In this document: in pieces, positions 54,585-62,573 of the stretch
Layout of the letters: each line of letters starts with the position of its first letter
How positions within the stretch are numbered: position 1 is the first letter of the stretch
Source: a virus
Strand: one strand, 5' to 3'
Length of the DNA: 64,000 nucleotides
Virus record (IMG/VR): IMGVR_UViG_3300042922_000265
Span: 64,001-128,000 of that record
Translations under genes and position numbers: made by a program
The notes under the pieces: model-generated
What the model saw: only the letters and a program-made list of their open reading frames with translations
What the model was told of the DNA's origin: nothing
Database searches by the model: none

Positions 54585-54902
54585 TCAGTTCTTAGCCCTT
54601 CCATCGGTGTAGGCGGTGTAGGTGCGGGTGGCCTCACGCTTGCCACCGTTGTCGATCGCGACGAACTGGTCGGTCATCACGATCAGACCCCGCAGTTCCT
54701 CGGCGGTAGCCTGTTCGATCTGCTGGCGCATCTTGTTGACGGTGCGCTTGATGACCGCCGAGTTGTCGCTGTAGTTGCCACGGCAGCCGCAGGCGCAGCC
54801 CAACTTGCCGGAGTAGGTCAGCGAGATGGGCTTGTCCAGCTCGTTGAGTGCCCGGTTCTTGAGGATGATGGTCTCGGTGGACAGATCGGTGACGAGAGGC
54901 AT
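54585..54902 (-). CDS. Hypothetical protein
   Basis: YSGK.GCACGC.GNY motif, AGGAGG RBS. Confidence 0.6.
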   Translation of the reverse strand: MPLVTDLSTETIILKNRALNELDKPISLTYSGKLGCACGCRGNYSDNSAVIKRTVNKMRQQIEQATAEELRGLIVMTDQFVAIDNGGKREATRTYTAYTDGRAKN

Positions 54903-54934
54903 GACGCCTCCTTTCGGTGGGAGGGACTGGCAGG

Positions 54935-55348
54935 TTAGAGGAAGGCGGAGACGGCGTCGTCCAGGGCGGCGAAGATGGCCGAACGGCCCGCGTAGGAGGG
55001 ACGTGAGTCCTCGTACTCACCGTCGGTCAGCTCGCCGACCGAGATACCCAGCGCGTCAGCTTCGGCCTCGTAGCGCTGCTGATCGGTCATCTGGTTGTCC
55101 TCGTCGGCCAGAGCGGCCTCGGCAGCGTTGTCATCGAACTCGACGCCGTCGACCAGGATGGTGAAGTTGGCGACCGGGGTCTCGTCGATCTGATGGGCCT
55201 TGATGGCGAAGGTGCGACCGTCGAGCTTGACGACGTAGTTGACGGTGCCGTCCTTGAGAGGAAAGGCGGTGGCGACACCCTCGGCGACGAAGAGGTCAAC
55301 AACAGAGCGGTCGTAGCGGGCGGCGGCAGTGGCGGCGATGGTAGGCAT
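54935..55348 (-). CDS. Hypothetical acidic protein
   Basis: 137 aa, first gene after a SigA-like promoter. Confidence 0.65.
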   Translation of the reverse strand: MPTIAATAAARYDRSVVDLFVAEGVATAFPLKDGTVNYVVKLDGRTFAIKAHQIDETPVANFTILVDGVEFDDNAAEAALADEDNQMTDQQRYEAEADALGISVGELTDGEYEDSRPSYAGRSAIFAALDDAVSAFL

Positions 55349-55385
55349 TTCGTCTCCTGTGGGTGGTTTCGTGCGGTACCTGTTA

Positions 55386-55414
55386 AGTATGACAGAGACT
55401 AGAACCTATTGCAA
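55386..55414 (-). promoter_or_regulatory. SigA-like promoter with GTTCTAG box
   Basis: TTGCAA-N17(GTTCTAG)-CATACT. Confidence 0.7.
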
Positions 55415-55421
55415 CCCCTGA

Positions 55422-55772
55422 TCAGTAATTGCGCGTCATCAGCATCCAGGTCTCGACCGTGGACTTCTTGTTCCGATCGCGCGGGCCGACGCTGTCACTG
55501 GTGCTGACGTATTGGCCATTCAGGGCGGCCTGATCCCTGGGAGTCTGGAAGGTGGCCGAAGTGATCGCGCCCAGGTAGTTGTAGGTGACCCGAATGTCCT
55601 CGGTGAGACGGAATCCCTGCAGGTCGGCAATGATGCGCAGCTTGTGGTCGGGAGGCAACTGCACGGAGGCATGAAAGGTATCGGACCAGGCACGATTCTC
55701 CGCCAGGGTCCACCCCGTACGCTCAGCTAGAGTGCGCAGGTCTTCGCGAGTCTTGGAGAGCTTGTTGGTCAT
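55422..55772 (-). CDS. Hypothetical protein, leaderless
   Basis: 116 aa. Confidence 0.6.
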   Translation of the reverse strand: MTNKLSKTREDLRTLAERTGWTLAENRAWSDTFHASVQLPPDHKLRIIADLQGFRLTEDIRVTYNYLGAITSATFQTPRDQAALNGQYVSTSDSVGPRDRNKKSTVETWMLMTRNY

Positions 55773-55778
55773 GGTCTA

Positions 55779-55808
55779 ATTAAAGCAGACTAGAACGACA
55801 TGGCGCAA
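55779..55808 (-). promoter_or_regulatory. SigA-like promoter with GTTCTAG box
   Basis: TTGCGC-N18(GTTCTAG)-TTTAAT. Confidence 0.55.
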
Positions 55809-55812
55809 GCGC

Positions 55813-56052
55813 CTAGAACCCGCAGGGTACGTCAGAGCCCTCATCGCCCGCGTGGCTCTCCAGCTCGGAGCTGCCGTCGGAGTAGTACACCCGGACTGCC
55901 GAGTGGTGGCCGCACATCTCAGCCTCACGCCTGACCACTGTCGATTCGGGAGGGTCGAACGTAGCGCACCTTGGTGCCTCGTCCCACCACGGGTGCGGGG
56001 TCCAGGAGACCCGATCGATCTCATCGCGGAGCGGCCCGATGCCCTTCCTCAT
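55813..56052 (-). CDS. Hypothetical protein
   Basis: ATGA-coupled start. Confidence 0.5.
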   Translation of the reverse strand: MRKGIGPLRDEIDRVSWTPHPWWDEAPRCATFDPPESTVVRREAEMCGHHSAVRVYYSDGSSELESHAGDEGSDVPCGF

Positions 56053-56243
56053 TTGTTCATCGTCCTCGCGTCGTACTGCTCCTGAGTCTCGCACCAGCAC
56101 CGGTCATTCCACTGGTTGGTGCAGGTGTGCCTTGGCAGATCTCCTCGCGCGCGGGCGCTCTTGGTCCACTCCCGGCTGGTCTCCTCACGAAGCTCCCGCT
56201 GATCCTCGGGGAAGGACGCGGGGCGCGTGGCCCTGCGCCTCAT
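56049..56243 (-). CDS. Hypothetical protein
   Basis: ATGA-coupled start. Confidence 0.45.
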   Translation of the reverse strand: MRRRATRPASFPEDQRELREETSREWTKSARARGDLPRHTCTNQWNDRCWCETQEQYDARTMNK

Positions 56244-56554
56244 TGCATCCAGTCCGGGCGCGGGTCGATGAAGTCGCTGATCGAGAAGACACACATCGGC
56301 GGCGCGGGATGCTCGTCGGTCTCCCACTCGCCGCACCCGTGGCAGCGATGGGTCAGCTCGCCGTCGATCATCATCAGATCGCTGCTGTAGATCAGCTCAT
56401 GGCTGGTGGGCTGCTCACGGACCCCGGCGGCTACCTCCAGGGTCACCAGGCCCAGCCAGACGTGGCTCCTGGTGCGCGGGTCCCAGAACCGATCGCGGCG
56501 TTCGCGCCACTGGACACCGAAGGGCTTCATGTCGTCGATGGCATGTCGGGCCAT
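56240..56554 (-). CDS. Hypothetical protein
   Basis: ATG 56554 (MARHAID) after GGAGG. Confidence 0.55.
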   Translation of the reverse strand: MARHAIDDMKPFGVQWRERRDRFWDPRTRSHVWLGLVTLEVAAGVREQPTSHELIYSSDLMMIDGELTHRCHGCGEWETDEHPAPPMCVFSISDFIDPRPDWMQ

Positions 56555-56715
56555 CAGTACCCCCTCCGAATGCTCCAGTAGATGCGCTTGGCGCAGGCGG
56601 CCTCGTTGCTGCAGATCACCTCGGTGACGGTGCGCGGGTAGGGCTGGTAGCCGCGCGTGCCCTGGCGACCGCACAGACAGCAGAACTTCATCAGGCTGTA
56701 GTCGTCCATCACCAT
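56554..56715 (-). CDS. Cys4 zinc-finger microprotein
   Basis: Hand-translated ...CCLCGRQGTRGY...CSNEAACAKRIYW. Confidence 0.6.
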   Translation of the reverse strand: MVMDDYSLMKFCCLCGRQGTRGYQPYPRTVTEVICSNEAACAKRIYWSIRRGY

Positions 56716-56882
56716 TTCCATCCTGCCGGTTTACCCACCTTGCGCCACACCCGCTTGTCACAGGCGATCGACGCCGTGCAGCGGTACTGGCCCTTGTGCT
56801 TGCCCCAACGCACCTCGTGGAAGCCACGAGTGCCGACGCGCTCGCACAGAAAACAGACGCGGCTAACGGGTCTGTGTGCCAT
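56709..56882 (-). CDS. Cys4 zinc-finger microprotein (paralog)
   Basis: Hand-translated MAHRPVSRVCFLCERVGTRGF...CTASIACDKRVW, GGAGG RBS. Confidence 0.6.
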   Translation of the reverse strand: MAHRPVSRVCFLCERVGTRGFHEVRWGKHKGQYRCTASIACDKRVWRKVGKPAGWKW

Positions 56883-56981
56883 CGTGCACCTCCATCAGGC
56901 TCCAGTGGTCCCATTGCGGCGGCGTGGTGCCAAACAGGGCGTGCATGCGGATCTCCGCCACGATCGTGGCCCAGGGGACCA

Positions 56982-57377
56982 TTACCAGGCCACCAGAAGG
57001 ATGCAGCGGTCCCGGTGGCCGGTCCTGCAGCGCGCGCAGGCGTAGGCGGCACCAACCTCGGGGTGGTCGTGACAAGACCGCTGTCCCAGCGCGCCCAGCG
57101 GCGCGCTGCGCCCAGAGGCCAGGGCGTGCAGCTTGCGCGCAGGCGGAGTGTAGGGCCGATCGAGCTGCCACGCCTTGATGCCCTCGATAGACAACCCCGC
57201 GCGGTAAGTGCGCTCCACCTGACCGCTGTACACAGTGATCCAGCCCCGGTTCTCCAGCTTCCTGGCCGTCGGCTTGGTGGAGTTGGCGAAGGTCCAGACC
57301 TGCTCACCGAGCCGGTACCGGGCAGCCAGCACCTCCATCATCAGGTCTTCGCTGGGCGAGACGTCGGCGGCGCTCAT
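56982..57377 (-). CDS. Hypothetical protein (winged-helix-like)
   Basis: ATG 57377; ARKLENRGWI segment. Confidence 0.5.
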   Translation of the reverse strand: MSAADVSPSEDLMMEVLAARYRLGEQVWTFANSTKPTARKLENRGWITVYSGQVERTYRAGLSIEGIKAWQLDRPYTPPARKLHALASGRSAPLGALGQRSCHDHPEVGAAYACARCRTGHRDRCILLVAW

Positions 57378-57549
57378 CGTTCCCGCTTGATCGTCATCAG
57401 CAAGCGCTGGTGAGCTGAGGGCGCGGGGTGGTTGACCCGGCTGGCGTCGTAGCGATTCTCCCAGCCGGTGCGCATCCAGTGCCCAAAGGACCAGAAGACC
57501 TGGGGAGACTTCATCGACGGCGTCCAGCCGTTCTTGTGGTGGACCCCCA

Positions 57550-57735
57550 TCACTGCCTCCGCTTCTTCTTGGACTGATTCTCGGCCTTGCGAGTACCGAC
57601 GAATCGACCACCGGCAGGCAGACCCCGATCGTAGGTGTAGTCAGTACCACCACCGTGGGACTTGATGTCGGTGATGATCCGCTCATGCTCCACGGTGATG
57701 ATCACCCGGTCGCCAATCTCAAAGTCGCTCATCAT
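57550..57735 (-). CDS. Small SH3-like hypothetical protein
   Basis: FEIGDRV motif. Confidence 0.5.
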   Translation of the reverse strand: MMSDFEIGDRVIITVEHERIITDIKSHGGGTDYTYDRGLPAGGRFVGTRKAENQSKKKRRQ

Positions 57736-57902
57736 TCCCCCTGATTCGGTGCGATCTCGTCGGCCAGGTCAATCAGCTTCTGGGCCAGGTCCTGGTCTTT
57801 GGTGTACCCCACGACGATCGCGGCAGCGTCGTGCAAGGTGGCAGCGGACTTGAAGCGCAGCTCGCGCTGGGCCGGGGTCAAGGGCTTGGGCTCAGTAGAC
57901 AT
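57732..57902 (-). CDS. Hypothetical protein
   Basis: ATG 57902 after AGGAGG. Confidence 0.5.
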   Translation of the reverse strand: MSTEPKPLTPAQRELRFKSAATLHDAAAIVVGYTKDQDLAQKLIDLADEIAPNQGE

Positions 57903-58032
57903 CGTCGTCCTCCTTGTCGAGCACCAGGGCCAGGGCCTTGGCGATGAATACGCCAGCGAGACCAATGACCAGCATCGGTACGGCAATGTAGCCCATCAGG
58001 CCCCAGAATTGATCCCACGGGAACTCACTCAC
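57892..58032 (-). CDS. Small membrane protein
   Basis: GTG 58032, one TM segment. Confidence 0.5.
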   Translation of the reverse strand: MSEFPWDQFWGLMGYIAVPMLVIGLAGVFIAKALALVLDKEDDDVY

Positions 58033-58037
58033 AGCTT

Positions 58038-58526
58038 TCACAGCTTCACGTCTCCGGTTCGGTAGAGGATGGCCAGGGCGGTGCTGACCTGCGGACCCAT
58101 GGTGTGACTCAGCAGGGTGACGAACGTGCGGGCGAAGTCCGGGCCGTGACCATGGGACTTGCTGTAGTGATGGGCCAACTCGTGCAGGACCACGGTCTCC
58201 CGCAGTGCCCAGCCCGATCCGCTGGCCATCTTGGTGGCCTTGGTGTTGATGGCGATCGTGTTCAGCCGGTAGTGCGCGGCAGTGTCGCCCCGGCGCTCGC
58301 GGACGTGGACGCGGCCCACCTTGCCGAACGCACCGATCACGTTCGGGTTCAGGGTGACCAGGTCCACGTAGCGCTGGACGGCGGCCAGGTCCTCGAACTT
58401 GCGCTCGGGCTCCAGCTGCAGTGGCACGCCGTGGAGGTTGATGTTGCCTCCCACGTTGTCGTACAGCCACTGCAGCTGGTGCTCGGCGGAGTAGACCTTA
58501 CTCTGCTGGAAGTCTCGGTTGCTCAT
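58038..58526 (-). CDS. HEXXH metallohydrolase (TIGR04338 / Rv0185-like)
   Basis: RDFQQSKVYSAE...LRETVVLHELAHH...HGPDF. ATG 58526. Confidence 0.75.
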   Translation of the reverse strand: MSNRDFQQSKVYSAEHQLQWLYDNVGGNINLHGVPLQLEPERKFEDLAAVQRYVDLVTLNPNVIGAFGKVGRVHVRERRGDTAAHYRLNTIAINTKATKMASGSGWALRETVVLHELAHHYSKSHGHGPDFARTFVTLLSHTMGPQVSTALAILYRTGDVKL

Positions 58527-58560
58527 GAGATCTACTCTAGCACATAGAACCCCGGAAGGT

Positions 58561-59454
58561 CTAGGCGATAGCCTTGCGTGATCCGATCGATGCCGAGCTG
58601 GAGATCCGGGCGTTGGCACCGGCAGCCGAGCCCGCGCGCGAGGAGGTGTAGGCACCGCCACCGCTCCAGCCACCCCGGTAAGAGCCACGGGCGTTGGACT
58701 TCTCCTTGTACAGGTTGGCCACGGCCTCCTTCTTCTCGACCAGCACCAGGGCGTAGCCGACATCGCCCTTGGCCTGCTCGGAGCCCTGCAGCATCTCGGA
58801 GGCGTGGACCTTCTCCATAGCATCGAACTTGGCCTGGGCCAGGCGCGAGCCGACGCGGCGGGCGAAGGACTGCTGGAAGTCCAGGCGCGCGGTCAGCCAG
58901 CTCACCGGCTTCTCCTCGCGACCGACCCATTCCTCGACAATGTCGTTGTGCCAGTAGTAGCGCTCGTACTCCGTGCGCGAGATCTGCTTGCCGGTGACCT
59001 TGTTGCGGTAGATCCAGCGGCCACCGACAGTGCGGGTGTCCTTCTTCCACTCGCCGGTCTTGCGGTACTCCGCAGCGGCGGCGGCCATCTGGACTGACAG
59101 GCTGGTGAATAGCGCCTCGGCGACGTCGATGTCCTCCTCGAACCCGAACGCGATGACGTAGGTCGAGTTGCGGGCGATGTTGAACTTGATGTCGTTGACC
59201 TCGGCGATGCCCTGGAAGAGTCGAACCAGGGTGTTGAGGCCCTTGGTGCCGCGCACGCCCATGGTGATGGTGCGCACGACGGGGACGGTGCGCTCCTTGG
59301 CGATCGTCATGTGGCGGGCCTTGGCCAGGTCCACCGAGTAGGTGGTCGCCAGCTCTTGGGCCTTGCGCATGAAAACCTCGGCCTCGGCATTGGTGCCAGC
59401 GTTCTCGGCCTGATTGAGGATCTTGGCGATCTTGGCGGTGATGGAGTCAGACAC
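58561..59454 (-). CDS. DUF2786-domain protein
   Basis: KIAKILNQAE..EAEVFMRKAQEL N-terminal motif. GTG 59454 after AAGGAG. Confidence 0.75.
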   Translation of the reverse strand: MSDSITAKIAKILNQAENAGTNAEAEVFMRKAQELATTYSVDLAKARHMTIAKERTVPVVRTITMGVRGTKGLNTLVRLFQGIAEVNDIKFNIARNSTYVIAFGFEEDIDVAEALFTSLSVQMAAAAAEYRKTGEWKKDTRTVGGRWIYRNKVTGKQISRTEYERYYWHNDIVEEWVGREEKPVSWLTARLDFQQSFARRVGSRLAQAKFDAMEKVHASEMLQGSEQAKGDVGYALVLVEKKEAVANLYKEKSNARGSYRGGWSGGGAYTSSRAGSAAGANARISSSASIGSRKAIA

Positions 59455-59497
59455 TGGGTGTCTCCTTCTCGTGTGGGTGAGGTGTAGGTGCCCACTA

Positions 59498-59526
59498 ATC
59501 ATGACAGAAGCTAGAACGAAATGCAA
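59498..59526 (-). promoter_or_regulatory. SigA-like promoter with GTTCTAG box
   Basis: TTGCAT-N17(GTTCTAG)-CATGAT. Confidence 0.65.
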
Positions 59527-59611
59527 GTCATGATGGCAAACGAAAACAGAATGGTCGCCACCACCAGGCCACTGATGTAGCCGTACCAGAACATACGACT
59601 CGGGTCACCCA

Positions 59612-60019
59612 TCAGAACAGCTTCAACCATCCGGTGACCGGGGCGAGCTTCTCGTCAGTGTCAGGCCCCACCGCGATGCAGGTGAACGTGGTGCGCCCAC
59701 CGAACTCGGTGAGCCCGTTGTCGAGGATGGGCGCGGCGATGAGCCCCTGGGCCAGCGCGTCGGTGTAGACGTCACTCAACTGGACCTCGGACTCCGCCCG
59801 GACGACGACCTTGGTGAAGCTGTTCTGCAGCCACTCGTCGACCAGCAGAGCCTTCTTGGACCACTCCGCCGTCTCCTCCTCGGTGCCACTGAATCCCTGC
59901 AGGTAGGGCAGGACGGCGGCCATGGAGGCGTGGGCGGCCTGGGCCATCAGCTTGCCGCTGCGGACCTTGTGTCCCTCGGTGTTGCGGAGATCGGTCCGCA
60001 TGACGATGACCTGCTTCAT
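59612..60019 (-). CDS. pth2: Peptidyl-tRNA hydrolase Pth2
   Basis: KQVIVMRTDL..GKLMAQAAHA..KVV..DNGLTEF..TCIAVGP..TGWLKL. Confidence 0.9.
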   Translation of the reverse strand: MKQVIVMRTDLRNTEGHKVRSGKLMAQAAHASMAAVLPYLQGFSGTEEETAEWSKKALLVDEWLQNSFTKVVVRAESEVQLSDVYTDALAQGLIAAPILDNGLTEFGGRTTFTCIAVGPDTDEKLAPVTGWLKLF

Positions 60020-60354
60020 TTGTAGTCCTCGAAGTAGCTGATGGCGAGCTTAACGCCGTCGATCTTGGCCGACAGACGATTGCGCTCGGCACGCGCGGCG
60101 CTCGGATGCAGCTCATCGTGGCGCTCCTGCAACCGGGCCACGGCCCGCTGTAGACGGGACTTGATGTCGGGATCGTGGGTCACCTGCAGCTCGTAGCCCA
60201 TCACCATCAGCTCGTCGCGGATACGCGCGCTGATCACCTTGACGTCGTGATTGCCCTGGTCGTCGGTGAAGTCCATGCCGAGCATGGCGGCCTCTAGAAC
60301 CGCGTGGGCTTCAGGCCCGCTCTTGACCGTCTTGATGTAGATCGATGACGTCAT
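60016..60354 (-). CDS. Hypothetical protein
   Basis: ATG 60354 after GGAGG. Confidence 0.55.
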   Translation of the reverse strand: MTSSIYIKTVKSGPEAHAVLEAAMLGMDFTDDQGNHDVKVISARIRDELMVMGYELQVTHDPDIKSRLQRAVARLQERHDELHPSAARAERNRLSAKIDGVKLAISYFEDYK

Positions 60355-60442
60355 GTGAAAACCTCCGTGATGAGTAGGTAGATGCCGTATCCCAGGGCGA
60401 ACAGGATGAACGCTGCCAGGATGACGTGGATGATGATCAGGA

Positions 60443-60832
60443 TCACCGCGCGGTCCGCACCACGCACAGGTTGGAGGTGACCAAGTCGATCTGCAGCGAG
60501 TCACCACCGTTGATCTCGACACCCTTGACTCCACGGTCGCGGCTGTACTTGACCATGATGTCGTGATGAAACTCGTCGTCGTTGTGCGGGTTGAAATGCA
60601 CGGTCTGGTAGCCGTAGTGCTCCGGGACGTAGATGCGGTTGTCGTAGTCGCCGTACCAGATGCTGGTCTTCTCCACGGTGCCCAGGTGCTCGGCGAGCTT
60701 ATCCTGGGCCACCTTGGTGGCGCGGCGGCCCTCAGTGAGGCGCTTCTGCGCCCAGGCGGGCAGCTTGTCCTCGCGGGGGTCCGGGGTAGCCAGCTCCTCG
60801 GGCTTGAGTGGGGGAGGGTGTCGTGTGCTCAT
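60443..60832 (-). CDS. Hypothetical protein
   Basis: ATG 60832 after GAGGAGG; KLPAWAQ motif. Confidence 0.6.
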   Translation of the reverse strand: MSTRHPPPLKPEELATPDPREDKLPAWAQKRLTEGRRATKVAQDKLAEHLGTVEKTSIWYGDYDNRIYVPEHYGYQTVHFNPHNDDEFHHDIMVKYSRDRGVKGVEINGGDSLQIDLVTSNLCVVRTAR

Positions 60833-60842
60833 GATTGCCTCC

Positions 60843-61079
60843 TCAGGCGGTTGCGTAGATCTCGATGTGCCAGGTGGTGCTGACGGGGGTGGGTTGGGTG
60901 GTGTCGTCGTCGGGCACCAGCGCAACGCTGGTGATCTTCCAGGCCATGTCGTCGAAATGGATGGTCTGACCCACCACGGGCATGACCGGCATGCCGTTGA
61001 ACCAGCGCGTGACCTGGATGCTGCGCGGGAAAGCTCCGGGGTCCGGGTTGTCCTTGTACCCGGTGACGTGCATCCTCAT
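60843..61079 (-). CDS. Hypothetical protein
   Basis: 78 aa, coupled. Confidence 0.55.
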   Translation of the reverse strand: MRMHVTGYKDNPDPGAFPRSIQVTRWFNGMPVMPVVGQTIHFDDMAWKITSVALVPDDDTTQPTPVSTTWHIEIYATA

Positions 61080-61552
61080 CAGGCTGCCGCGCGCTTGATC
61101 GCCTTGCGGATCTTCTCAGAGGCGCGGAAGTCAGCATGCCAGCGATCCTCGATCTTGGCCGAGCCATAGAAGTTGACGTCGAAGTAGTCGACCTGGATCT
61201 CGCTGGCGTCGTAGTTGTAGGACGAATGGATGTCCTTGAGAACCTTCTCGACACCCTGGCCCTTGATGGTCAGTACCTCGGAGGTGCGACCACGCGAGCA
61301 ATCCCAGTGGTTGCAGCCGGTCTTGGCCTGGCCGGGGCAGGTCTCCCACATGCCCTCCAGATCGATGGCGGTGATGTCGATCGAGCGGCCACCGGAGTAG
61401 TTGTCCACCTTCACCGAGTAGTTGCGCATCCCACCGGGAAGCGTGCCCGTCTTGATCGCGGCCTTGATGTCAGCTCGCATGCTCTTGGCGATCTCGGAAG
61501 CGGTGACGTAGGTGGTGGGGCAGTTGCGTCCGGTGAACTTGCGCTCGTACAT
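61079..61552 (-). CDS. LPD29-like domain protein
   Basis: AKSMRADIK..YSVK...YSGGRSI..YNYDAS..DYFDVNFY. ATG 61552. Confidence 0.6.
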   Translation of the reverse strand: MYERKFTGRNCPTTYVTASEIAKSMRADIKAAIKTGTLPGGMRNYSVKVDNYSGGRSIDITAIDLEGMWETCPGQAKTGCNHWDCSRGRTSEVLTIKGQGVEKVLKDIHSSYNYDASEIQVDYFDVNFYGSAKIEDRWHADFRASEKIRKAIKRAAA

Positions 61553-61588
61553 GGTGGTCTCCTGTGGGTGGTGGTTGCGTGTGTATTT

Positions 61589-61617
61589 AGTATAGCAGAC
61601 TAGAACGATTGATGCAA
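61589..61617 (-). promoter_or_regulatory. SigA-like promoter with GTTCTAG box
   Basis: TTGCAT-N17(GTTCTAG)-TATACT. Confidence 0.7.
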
Positions 61618-61622
61618 ACCGT

Positions 61623-61871
61623 TCAGCGCCCGCCATTGGCGGCGTAGTCATCGTTGGCGAGCTTGATCGCGGCCTGGTAGCCAACCCCTTTGCCGAGATC
61701 GTTGAGAACCTCGGTGCCACCATGACCCTGCCGGGTGCGCGGGACGGTGACCTTGGCGATCCATCCACCAAGCTCGTCGATCTTCTCGACGGTGTACTCG
61801 GTGCCGAAGTGGGTCTTGGCGGTCTTCTTGATGCCGTTGATGACGGTGGTGAACTTCAGTGCGTTGCTCAT
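61623..61871 (-). CDS. Hypothetical protein, leaderless
   Basis: 82 aa. Confidence 0.6.
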   Translation of the reverse strand: MSNALKFTTVINGIKKTAKTHFGTEYTVEKIDELGGWIAKVTVPRTRQGHGGTEVLNDLGKGVGYQAAIKLANDDYAANGGR

Positions 61872-61877
61872 GACTCA

Positions 61878-61906
61878 AGTATGACAGACACTAGAATTTA
61901 TCGCAA
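61878..61906 (-). promoter_or_regulatory. SigA-like promoter with TTCTAG box
   Basis: TTGCGA-N17(ATTCTAG)-CATACT. Confidence 0.65.
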
Positions 61907-62101
61907 GCTCCCGCCATGGTCTGGCCGATAGACAGAGTGACGACCGAGGAACACCAGATTCATGCGCGCCTGATGTGCGTCGGTGGTCTTGTTGGTCGTC
62001 AGCGTGCGGCACTTCTTGTCTGGTAGCGATCCACACGTCGGGCAGGTGTATCGCGCGTAGTCGTAGGGGATGCGACGACGGTCGGTTATCTCATCCTCCA
62101 T
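61898..62101 (-). CDS. Small zinc-finger protein
   Basis: CPTCG...CRT...AHQAR. Confidence 0.55.
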   Translation of the reverse strand: MEDEITDRRRIPYDYARYTCPTCGSLPDKKCRTLTTNKTTDAHQARMNLVFLGRHSVYRPDHGGSLR

Positions 62102-62228
62102 CTCCACTTGAGATTCCAGAACCTGGGCACGGTGGCGCACGGCGTGAAGGGCGGATGCCACCCACGCTGGCAGTACCACCCCTTCGGCTGGGGGCGCTGA
62201 CACTGCTGCGGCACAACATCAGGTGTGG

Positions 62229-62573
62229 TCATCGGTGATTCCTCTCAGCGTTCTCCCGCGCCACCATGCGCATCGCCTCCCAGAGATCAGCCATGATGTT
62301 GTCCTCCGGGTGGCGCTCATACGGCGGGCACTCGGTGGCGCTGCGGTGATGCAGCCGCCCGTAGCCGCCCCAGTTCGTGTCCTTGCAATGCGGGTGACGA
62401 CAGTACTTCTCCGGGTAGAAATGCTCCTGAAAGTGGTCACCGTGACCCTGGTAGGAGTAATCCACCGCGTGCCGGGGCTTGTGGTCGCCAGGATCACGCA
62501 CACCGCTAGGGATCGACCGCTTGGCATGCCTGCCGTACAGGAACGCGCCGATGTCGGTCAGAGGGACGCTCAT
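62229..62573 (-). CDS. Hypothetical protein
   Basis: His/Cys-rich ORF coupled to the CCA enzyme gene. Confidence 0.5.
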   Translation of the reverse strand: MSVPLTDIGAFLYGRHAKRSIPSGVRDPGDHKPRHAVDYSYQGHGDHFQEHFYPEKYCRHPHCKDTNWGGYGRLHHRSATECPPYERHPEDNIMADLWEAMRMVARENAERNHR

